Made by a program: the position numbers and the translations under genes. A stretch of 43,161 bases of DNA. It comes from Chloroflexota bacterium (GTDB lineage Bacteria > Chloroflexota > Dormibacteria > Aeolococcales > Aeolococcaceae). Positions 16,034-23,511 of the stretch are shown in pieces. The first letter of the stretch is position 1. Every line of letters starts with the position of its first letter. The notes under the pieces are model-generated. The model ran no database searches, was not told the origin of the DNA, and saw only the letters and a program-made list of their open reading frames with translations. The stretch lies in NCBI GenBank assembly GCA_028287625.1, contig JAQBPH010000285.1:1-43161 (forward strand), given 5' to 3'.

Positions 16034-17722
16034 ATGGAGCGTGCGCACAGACGCACCCTCTCGGTACACGGGCGCTGGGCCGTCGCAGGGGCGGCCCTGG
16101 CCATTGCGGCCGCTGCGTGCGGCGGCGGTAATGGTTCCGCGTCCCTGACGGGTCAGGGTACGGGACGGGGTCAGTACAGCAGCGGCGGTGCTCAGGGGGC
16201 TCCCGGTGCCGCAGAGGCGGCCCCGGCTGCTCCGGGTGCCCCGGCCCCGGCTGCTCCGGGAGCAGCGCAGGCGGCCCCGGTTGCCCCAGGTGGCGCGGCC
16301 GGATACGCTGCACCAGGCAGCTCTGTCCAGGGTGCTGCTCCGGCGGCACAGCCCGGTGCGGCGAAGAATCAGCTGCCCAACCCGGTCGGTGGCCAGGGGG
16401 CCGCAGGCGCGGCTGGCAGCAAGGCCAGTGCACCCGGCGCCTCTGACGTCGGCGTCACGGCAGCCACGATCACGCTGGGTCGAATCGACTTCGAGTCCGC
16501 GACCCGGAGCCTGGGCTCGATCATCGCTGAGCCGAGCACCGTCGTCGAGCAGGGCATCGTCGACTGGATGAACCAGCAGGGTGGGATCAACGGCCGCAAG
16601 CTCGTCCTGCTCAAGTGCGACGACGGCGGTGACATGACCCGCGCGGTGGCCTGCTACCAGAAGATGAAGAGCCAGGTCTTCATGTTCATGCCCTCCGAGA
16701 CGTGGCTCACCGAGATCGCCCACCAGTATGTCGACCGGGACAAGGTCCCGATGATGACCTGGGGGTGGTTCCTCAGCGAGTTCACCGATCCCTACATGTT
16801 CCCCTGCCACGCCAACGGGGAGCACGAGGCCGTTGCCGAGACCAACTGGGTCCTCGCCCACAAGCAGATCAAGACGGCGGGCATCGTGTACCTGAACGTG
16901 ACCGAGGACATCAACGCGGCGAACGCGTCGGCGAAGATCCTCGAGGATCACGGCGTCAAGGTCGTCCAGAAGATCCCCCAGGAGTGGGACTCCCCGGACG
17001 AGTCGCAGCATGTGCTGGCGCTGCGCGTCGCCAATCCTGATATCGTCTTCGGCTTCAGCTGGCCGGGACCGAATGCCAAGCTCCTGCACGACGCGGATGA
17101 GCAGCACTGGGCTCCCGCCAATGGCTACTATCTCAATCATCTGACCCTGGATCCGGGCTACGGTCCCGTGTACGGGAGCTACATCAAGGGCAAGGTCACC
17201 GCGATCACGTCCTTCGTATACCCGCCCGATGCGGCTCCCGGCAACAGCTTCTGGGAGATGATCACCAAGAACTTCGGCGGATACAACCTCGAGGGCCTCC
17301 GCTGGAAGTATGCGGCCGGGCACCACGTCACCCAGGGCTCGGTGGCCTGCATGCGGATCGCATTCAACGTCCTCAAGGAGCTGGGGCCGAACCCCACCCG
17401 TGCGGCGTTCATCGACTACCTCGAGTCCCACCAGTTCGACTCCGGCATGGGTATCGTCATGCGCTGGCCGAAGGGCAACCACAACATGGACCCCTACGCC
17501 TACAACCGTGAGTACCTGTACCAGTGGGTCGACAGCACCGTCGCGGGCCCCGGCGGCAACGGCGGCTACGACGAGCAGCGGATCCTTCCCGACCCGGTCT
17601 ACCGGCCGGAGATCGAGCCGTGCAAGTCCCCGAAGGTCGAGGAGTGCCGGCCCATGCAGGAGCCGGGGTCCATCCTCCACGGAGCAGGGCTCTACTACCA
17701 CGATCAGCCGTACTACAACTGA
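16034..17722 (+). CDS. Liv/amide-type ABC transporter substrate-binding lipoprotein (type-I periplasmic binding fold) with a long Ala/Pro/Gly linker
   Basis: AAGGAGG lies about 8 nt upstream of the ATG. It has a signal peptide and lipobox (LAIAAAACGGG) and a ~120-aa low-complexity A/P/G linker. The binding domain follows (ITLGRIDFESATRSLG.., GGINGRKLVLLKCDDGGD, GIVYLNVTEDINAANASAKILEDHGVKVV). Liv-type permease genes follow. Confidence 0.9.
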   Translation: MERAHRRTLSVHGRWAVAGAALAIAAAACGGGNGSASLTGQGTGRGQYSSGGAQGAPGAAEAAPAAPGAPAPAAPGAAQAAPVAPGGAAGYAAPGSSVQGAAPAAQPGAAKNQLPNPVGGQGAAGAAGSKASAPGASDVGVTAATITLGRIDFESATRSLGSIIAEPSTVVEQGIVDWMNQQGGINGRKLVLLKCDDGGDMTRAVACYQKMKSQVFMFMPSETWLTEIAHQYVDRDKVPMMTWGWFLSEFTDPYMFPCHANGEHEAVAETNWVLAHKQIKTAGIVYLNVTEDINAANASAKILEDHGVKVVQKIPQEWDSPDESQHVLALRVANPDIVFGFSWPGPNAKLLHDADEQHWAPANGYYLNHLTLDPGYGPVYGSYIKGKVTAITSFVYPPDAAPGNSFWEMITKNFGGYNLEGLRWKYAAGHHVTQGSVACMRIAFNVLKELGPNPTRAAFIDYLESHQFDSGMGIVMRWPKGNHNMDPYAYNREYLYQWVDSTVAGPGGNGGYDEQRILPDPVYRPEIEPCKSPKVEECRPMQEPGSILHGAGLYYHDQPYYN

Positions 17723-17733
17723 GTAGGAACACC

Positions 17734-17806
17734 GGGACTCTCTGAATCCTCACATCCCAGAGTCCCTCGCCTCAAACATCCGGGGGAGCATCCGCTTCCC
17801 CGGATG
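17734..17806 (+). promoter_or_regulatory. two intercistronic stem-loops between the SBP and permease genes
   Basis: GGGACTCT-N17-AGAGTCCC (17734-17766) and CATCCGGGG-N12-CCCCGGATG (17777-17806) lie in the 141-nt gap. Such hairpins commonly uncouple SBP and permease expression. Confidence 0.35.
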
Positions 17807-17863
17807 CCAGGCGACAACGGCCTGGGCATCATCAACAAGTGAAGGGTTGAAAGGAACTACTAC

Positions 17864-18748
17864 GTGGCAATCCTGATCTCCGCCTCGTTCATCGGGCTGA
17901 TGTTGGGCACCGTCTATGCCCTCATGGCGTTCGGAATCGTTGCGTGCTATCGGATCAGCCGTGTCGTGAACCTGGGAATAGCTGGGATTGCGGCGTGGTG
18001 CGCCGGTGCGTATTGGTGGATGGCCGACAAGTGGGGGGCGCCCCTCGTGGTCGCGCTCATCGTGGCGATCCTCATCGGGACGGCGATGGGCGGGCTGTTG
18101 GGCGTGATGGTGGTGCGCATGAAGAGGTGGCCGGTGGGCCTGCTCATGATCATCACGCTGTCCGTCAGCCTTCTGCTCTTCTGGCAGTCCGACACCTGGC
18201 TGCCGTCCTTCAACCCCACGGTCCCCTCACCCTTCGGAGAGGGCGGGTTCAGCCTGTTCTATGCGCAGGTCAACTGGTCCGACGTGGGGACCTTCCTGAC
18301 CTGCCTGCTGGTGGTGGGCCTGTTGACGGTGCTCATGCGCATGACCCGCTTCGGACTGTTCACGCGGGCCATCTATGACGATCCGCCGGGAGCGGCGACC
18401 CTGGGGATCCCCTTCAATGTGGCGGTCGTCGGCATGTGGGCCCTGGGTGGGGCGCTGGCGGCGCTGGGAGGGGTGCTGGTGACGCATCGCAGCCTGCTGC
18501 AGTCGGACCTGCTCCTCTTCATCGCCGTGTGGGGGCTGGCGGCTGCAACGCTCGGTGGGCTGGAATCGTTCGTCCTGGCCTTCGTCGGAGGGCTCTCGCT
18601 CGGCATCGCCGAGGGGGTCGTGGGCGGAGACTTCGGCTCGTCGCTGCCGCCGGGCGTCGAGAACCTTGCCTCGGTGGCGGTGATGGCGGCTGCGGTTCTG
18701 TACGCGGGCATCAAGCGTCGCGGTCAGATTACGGAGGTGACGGCGTGA
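17864..18748 (+). CDS. branched-chain-amino-acid-type ABC permease, LivH-like
   Basis: 294 aa with a GTG start. It reads GTVYALMAFGIVACYRISRVVNLGIAG, MRMTRFGLFTRAIYDDPPGAATLGI and GGLESFVLAFVGGLSLGIAEG. Confidence 0.9.
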   Translation: MAILISASFIGLMLGTVYALMAFGIVACYRISRVVNLGIAGIAAWCAGAYWWMADKWGAPLVVALIVAILIGTAMGGLLGVMVVRMKRWPVGLLMIITLSVSLLLFWQSDTWLPSFNPTVPSPFGEGGFSLFYAQVNWSDVGTFLTCLLVVGLLTVLMRMTRFGLFTRAIYDDPPGAATLGIPFNVAVVGMWALGGALAALGGVLVTHRSLLQSDLLLFIAVWGLAAATLGGLESFVLAFVGGLSLGIAEGVVGGDFGSSLPPGVENLASVAVMAAAVLYAGIKRRGQITEVTA

Positions 18749-19890
18749 AGACCTCGACGGTCGAACCGGGCACCGCGCCCCATACCGACACTGTGAGTGC
18801 GCCGCCAGCGAGTTCGGCGGTGGCGAGCCGTGCTGCCGGTCTCAGGAACTTCACCGATCGCCTGGACCGCCGGCTGGAGCGCCTGCGCCGGGGCCATTCG
18901 TGGACAGAGCTGCGACTGCCCATTCTCTGCGTGGTCCTCGCCGTCGGGGGCTTCCTCCTCCTTCCCGACGATTTCCTGTACGCGGGTGCGACAGCGCTGT
19001 CGTCCGGCGTCATTGGGATCGGCCTCTTCTTTCCCATGGCCACGCTGCGTGAGCTGTCGCTCAACGCCGCGGGACTGGCGGGGGTGTCGGCGTACACCTA
19101 CGCGCACCTCGCATCGAGCGGCACGGCGTCGAAGGGCGTCGGTGGGATCATCAACGGCCTGATCGTGGCCGTGCTCGCCGTGATGAGTATCTCGGTGATC
19201 GGCGGTCTGGCGGCGCTGGTGGTGACCGGGCTGTACTTTCTCGTCGCGTCGCTGGTCATCCAGGCGGCGATCGAGAAGGTGGCCTTCTCCATCTCCGGGT
19301 TCACCGGTGGTGCGGCCGGCTGGTTCGTGCCCCAACCCGATCTCGGCACCGGCTGGTTCGACACCAGCCGGGCGGTGTACCTCATCGTGGCGGCGGTGAC
19401 GCTGGCGGCGACGTGGATCACCTACCGTGTGTTGCGGTCGCGGTTTGGCATGCACGCGACCGTGGTCGGCCAGGTGCCCGAGGGTGCCACCGCCGTGGGG
19501 CTGCGGAACTGGCTGCTGAAGCTCTCTGTGTTCGCCTACGCGGGTGCGCTGATCGCTCTGGGCGGCATTCTGCTCGCCTTCTCGAATGGCACCCCGCCGG
19601 CGACGGCCCGGTTCGGTCTGGTGTGGTCGGTCATCTACCTGGCAATCCCGATCGCCAGCGGCCTGAAGGATCTGTCCGGCGTGTTGCTGATGGCGGTGAT
19701 CTTCACCGTCACCCCCATCGTGATCGAGCCGTGGAATGTCGCGCCGAACCTGGTGTCGGGAATGATCCTCCTGGTGGCGACGATCCTCGGCTTCTACCGC
19801 GGGCGGTGGTGGACGATCATCAGGGACACCTACTGGAGGATTCGTGGGGTGACCCCGGCTGCGGCGACGGCCGCGGTGGAGGGCGCATGA
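18745..19890 (+). CDS. branched-chain-amino-acid-type ABC permease, LivM-like
   Basis: The GTG overlaps the LivH stop (GTGA). 381 aa. It reads LNAAGLAGVSAYTYA, FSISGFTGGAAGW, RSRFGMHATVVGQVPEGATAVGL and LSVFAYAGALIALGGILLAF. Confidence 0.9.
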   Translation: MKTSTVEPGTAPHTDTVSAPPASSAVASRAAGLRNFTDRLDRRLERLRRGHSWTELRLPILCVVLAVGGFLLLPDDFLYAGATALSSGVIGIGLFFPMATLRELSLNAAGLAGVSAYTYAHLASSGTASKGVGGIINGLIVAVLAVMSISVIGGLAALVVTGLYFLVASLVIQAAIEKVAFSISGFTGGAAGWFVPQPDLGTGWFDTSRAVYLIVAAVTLAATWITYRVLRSRFGMHATVVGQVPEGATAVGLRNWLLKLSVFAYAGALIALGGILLAFSNGTPPATARFGLVWSVIYLAIPIASGLKDLSGVLLMAVIFTVTPIVIEPWNVAPNLVSGMILLVATILGFYRGRWWTIIRDTYWRIRGVTPAAATAAVEGA

Positions 19891-19891
19891 G

Positions 19892-21271
19892 ATGGCGAAG
19901 GCATGGCCATCTCACTGTGAGGTCTGCGGGGGGTGGCATCAGATCGGCCCCGTCTGCCCCAATGCTCCGGCCCCTTCCATGAGCAAGGACGTTGGTCTCG
20001 AGGCCGGTCTCGACCAGGAGGTGGTCAAGGTGGTTGCCCAGGAGATCGCGATCGTCCGTCAGGAGGTGGAGCGCAGCAGGAGCGAGCTGCTCGAGCGCAT
20101 CGACAGGCTGGAGGGGCACGGCGGCCCAGTCGAGCGGGGGGGTGATGGCCTCGGCATCACCGAGACGATGGGAGGGTGGCTGGCGGTGTTCGCCGTGGCG
20201 GCGCTGGCCTTCTCGGTGATCATGGCGCTGGCGCAGTCCATGGATGTGTGGGCGGGCGCCCTCATCGTTGCCGGGTGCTTCGCCGCTCTGTGCGCGGCGG
20301 CGCTCGTCGCGGAGCGTCTGCTGGGAATCGACGTGTCGGAGGCGGTCCGTCGGACGCTTCGGACCGGAGACGGTCCGTTGGCGCCCGACTCATCCGATGG
20401 TCAGAAGTGGTCGCGCCGGGTGACTGAGCTGCGTCCGACCGGGGCCGCCGCCGGCAGCAACGGCGGCGACAGCCACGGACATGGCATGGGGACGACGACC
20501 CTGATCGGCCGAGCCGAGACACGACGGCTCGCGCGAGAGCGGATCGGCCAGCCTCAGGGTCTTCAGGGCGAGGGGATCGTGGTCAACTTCGGCGGCGTGC
20601 GCGCCGTCGACGACGTGAGCATCCGACTTGCTCCGGGGGAGCGCTTGGGAATCGTGGGCGCGAACGGCGCCGGGAAGACCACGCTGTTCAATGCCCTGAC
20701 CGGCTTCGTGCCCCTCGATCAGGGACGGGTGTCCCTGGGGAGCCAGGACATCACCGGGTGGCCGAGCTTCGTGCGGGCGCGAGCGGGGATCCGTCGCACC
20801 TTCCAGAAGCCGCGGCTGTCGGACACCCTGACGATGGAGCAGAACATCGGCGTGGGGCATCGCGACATCCCCCAGGCGCAGTGGAACGAGCGCGTCGGGT
20901 TTCTGCTCGAGCGTTTCCATCTCGCCGACAAGCGGGGTGTGCCGGTGGGCGCGCTCCCGTTCGGCCAGCGGCGCGAGGTGGAGGTGATGCGTGCACTGAC
21001 GCGCACCCCCCACGTGCTGATGCTGGACGAGCCGGCCAGCGGACTCGAGGGGCCGGAGGTCGAGGGGCTCCTCGAGACCCTCATGGAGCTCCAGGCGGAC
21101 GAGGGCTGGGGGCTGATCGTCATCGAGCACGACCTGCAGTTCATCACCACCCTGGTGCAGAACCTCATGGTGATGGAGGACGGGATCCTGATCATGGAGG
21201 GGCCGACGCACGACGTCCTCACGGATCGCCGGGTCCGCCGCATCTACCTCGGGGAGGCAGTGGGAGCGTGA
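19892..21271 (+). CDS. LivG-like ABC ATPase with an atypical ~210-aa N-terminal extension (Cys/His knuckle, coiled coil, two TM helices)
   Basis: The ATG lies 1 nt after the LivM stop. The C-terminal 250 aa carry Walker A GANGAGKTT, the Q-loop, the signature region FGQRREVEVMRAL, Walker B VLMLDEPASGL, the H-loop IVIEHD and a Liv-type tail RRIYLGE. The N-terminus reads HCEVCGGWHQIGPVC, VRQEVERSRSELLERIDRLE, WLAVFAVAALAFSVIMALA and AGALIVAGCFAALCAAALVA. No stop separates the two parts. Confidence 0.9.
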   Translation: MAKAWPSHCEVCGGWHQIGPVCPNAPAPSMSKDVGLEAGLDQEVVKVVAQEIAIVRQEVERSRSELLERIDRLEGHGGPVERGGDGLGITETMGGWLAVFAVAALAFSVIMALAQSMDVWAGALIVAGCFAALCAAALVAERLLGIDVSEAVRRTLRTGDGPLAPDSSDGQKWSRRVTELRPTGAAAGSNGGDSHGHGMGTTTLIGRAETRRLARERIGQPQGLQGEGIVVNFGGVRAVDDVSIRLAPGERLGIVGANGAGKTTLFNALTGFVPLDQGRVSLGSQDITGWPSFVRARAGIRRTFQKPRLSDTLTMEQNIGVGHRDIPQAQWNERVGFLLERFHLADKRGVPVGALPFGQRREVEVMRALTRTPHVLMLDEPASGLEGPEVEGLLETLMELQADEGWGLIVIEHDLQFITTLVQNLMVMEDGILIMEGPTHDVLTDRRVRRIYLGEAVGA

Positions 21272-22128
21272 TGAGCCACTTCACCATGGCGGGCTCGCAG
21301 CCAGAGACCACCGCGGCCACCCAGGCCGTCCACGCAGGCCTGGTCGTGCAGGACATCCGAGTCTCGTACGGTGCGGTGCCGGCAGTCCGCGGGGTGACCC
21401 TCGAGTGCCGGCCCGGGCAGATCATCGGAGTGGTCGGACCCAACGGGGCGGGGAAGACCAGCCTGCTGACGGGGATCGCCGGCATCGCGCCGATGCTGGG
21501 CGGCTCGGTGTCGGGCTCCGTCTCCCTCGACGGCCGCGACCTGACCCGCTGGGCCGGGCACCGGCGGGGTCAGGCGGGCATCGTCTACATGGCCGAACGG
21601 CGGCGGGTATTCCCCTCGCTGTCGGTGCGAGAGAACCTCGAGGTGGGCGGGTGGGGGCTCGACAAGACGGAGGTGAAAACCCGCGTCGAGAACATCTATC
21701 GCATCTTCCCCCGGCTGGCCGAGCGTGCGGGCGTGCCGTCGTACCGGCTGTCGGGCGGCGAGCAGCGCATGCTGTCCATCGGACGGATGTTGTTGAGCGG
21801 GGCACAGTGCCTCCTTCTCGACGAGCTCTCGCTGGGCCTCGCCCCGCGCATCGTCTCGGAGCTGATCGGCACCATCCGCTCGGTGGCGGCCGAGGGGCGG
21901 ACAGTGATCATCGTCGAGCAGTACCTCGGGGTGCTTCTCCAGATGGCCGACCTCATCCATGTCCTGCAGCGTGGGAGGTTCGAGTTCTCCGGAGCGGGAC
22001 AGGAGGCCCAGGACTGGCTCGAGCACCATGGGTTCTCGGTCCATGCCGCGACGGCCGCCGCGCGTGCACAGGCGACGAACATGTCGAGCTGGAATGCTCA
22101 TGTGCAGGAAACGGGAGGATTGAAGTGA
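21271..22128 (+). CDS. LivF-like ABC ATPase
   Basis: The ATG overlaps the LivG stop (TGATG). Motifs: GPNGAGKTS, LSGGEQRMLSIGR, LLLDELSLGLAP and IIVEQY. It has an unusual C-terminal tail, DWLEHHGF.... Confidence 0.9.
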   Translation: MSHFTMAGSQPETTAATQAVHAGLVVQDIRVSYGAVPAVRGVTLECRPGQIIGVVGPNGAGKTSLLTGIAGIAPMLGGSVSGSVSLDGRDLTRWAGHRRGQAGIVYMAERRRVFPSLSVRENLEVGGWGLDKTEVKTRVENIYRIFPRLAERAGVPSYRLSGGEQRMLSIGRMLLSGAQCLLLDELSLGLAPRIVSELIGTIRSVAAEGRTVIIVEQYLGVLLQMADLIHVLQRGRFEFSGAGQEAQDWLEHHGFSVHAATAAARAQATNMSSWNAHVQETGGLK

Positions 22129-23495
22129 AGAGCTTGGGGCGCGTCACCAGCAGGATATTGCTGGTGACGGTGGGCGTCGGGCTGATCGTGGGAGGCGGGC
22201 CGCTCTGGCACGCCGTCGCCGACGACAGCGTCGCGGGCGGCGACTGCATCACCGACTACCATGCCCAGGGGTGGACCCTGGCGGTCGGAGAGGGGCTGGA
22301 GATTCCCGCGGAGAACGTGGCGGGACAGCCGTACGTGCTCGGCGGTCTGATCGACCAGCCGGTGTCCCACGCACGGGCGTCGAGCGGCTACCCCGGGTAC
22401 ATCGGGGAGGCGGTGTACTCGCTGGCCTCGGACAAGGCGCCGCCGTGGCCGGAGGAGGCGGAGGCCTTCTATCCGAAGCCGAGCAGTGGCTTTGACGCCG
22501 ATGCCCACGACTACGGGCCGTTGATGTACAGCAAGGCGATCACCAAGCCCACCTCGCTCCTGGCGGAGGCGAGCGTGGGGAGCGTCGGTGCGCTCCCCGG
22601 CGTCGGGAATGTCGGCCCTGCACTGGCGCACATCGACCAGACCTACGACGGGCAGAGCATCCATGGGCTCCAGCAGGCGGTGGCCTACGACGTGGCCGTG
22701 GGTCCGCTGCACATCGGCCAGATGACGTCGGTGCTCAAGTGGACCAACGATGGGACCGAGCACGGCACGAACGAGACCTGGACCGTCAAGTTTGACAATG
22801 TCGAGGCGAACGGCCAGGTCGTCTCGTCCGCGTCCGGTGACGGCTTCTCGTTCCAGGGCGGGCAGCCCCAGCCGGGGCCCCAGGCGCGGGAGCAGACGGT
22901 GGCGGCGATCAAGCAGCTGGACGATGCACTGATGAAGGCGGGGGTGGGAGCCATCGACATCCATTTCGGCCCCGCCCGCCACGACGTCTCGGCGGGTCAC
23001 ATCGACCTCAACGGAAGTGCGGTGACCATCCGTCTCGCTGATGAGGCCAAGAAGGGCACCATCGGTCAGGCGGCCTCCCTGCAGTTCGGGCGCACCCAGC
23101 TCGAGGTGCTCGCCGGTCGGGGCTCATGCGACAACGCCAAGGAGGCGAACAACGACTACAAGCCAGGCGATCTGCCCACCGGGCCCAACATCCTCCTCAC
23201 CCCGGAGCCGGAATCTGCGCATTGGATGCCGGGTCTGCCGGCGGTGGGCGCGAGGGGTGCGCCCGCAGTGACCACGCATGCGCCTGCGGTCACGCCCACG
23301 CGGGTACAGGGCGCTGCGCCCACGACGTCCACGGGCGTGGCGGCACTCCCGGTGGCGCCACTGGCGCCTGAATCGCCGGTTGTGGACAGGGTCCGCCAGA
23401 TCATCCTCCCGGCTCTGCCTCCCCCGGGTGCCGACGCTCCGGGAGCACCGGTGCAGCAGCCCGACCTGGAGGGCGGTGGCGGTCTGATGCCATGA
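22125..23495 (+). CDS. hypothetical membrane-anchored extracytoplasmic protein (456 aa) with a Pro/Ala-rich tail
   Basis: The GTG overlaps the LivF stop (GTGA). The N-terminal anchor is ILLVTVGVGLIVGG. A ~330-aa globular region shows no motif I recognise. The C-terminus is P/A/T-rich. Confidence 0.7.
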   Translation: MKSLGRVTSRILLVTVGVGLIVGGGPLWHAVADDSVAGGDCITDYHAQGWTLAVGEGLEIPAENVAGQPYVLGGLIDQPVSHARASSGYPGYIGEAVYSLASDKAPPWPEEAEAFYPKPSSGFDADAHDYGPLMYSKAITKPTSLLAEASVGSVGALPGVGNVGPALAHIDQTYDGQSIHGLQQAVAYDVAVGPLHIGQMTSVLKWTNDGTEHGTNETWTVKFDNVEANGQVVSSASGDGFSFQGGQPQPGPQAREQTVAAIKQLDDALMKAGVGAIDIHFGPARHDVSAGHIDLNGSAVTIRLADEAKKGTIGQAASLQFGRTQLEVLAGRGSCDNAKEANNDYKPGDLPTGPNILLTPEPESAHWMPGLPAVGARGAPAVTTHAPAVTPTRVQGAAPTTSTGVAALPVAPLAPESPVVDRVRQIILPALPPPGADAPGAPVQQPDLEGGGGLMP

Positions 23496-23511
23496 TCTGG
23501 AGGAGGCGAGC

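Noticed and set aside
15887-17701. A 604-aa minus-strand ORF antisense to the substrate-binding protein gene. Similar long shadow ORFs include 23401-24840(-), 25069-26259(-), 26266-27174(-), 20390-21211(-), 32369-33343(-), 35309-36805(-) and 41459-43051(-).
   Set aside because: Their compositions (R/G/P/H/D-rich, no motifs, no SD) are typical of antisense frames. In each case the opposite strand carries a gene with clear family motifs and coupling to its neighbours.
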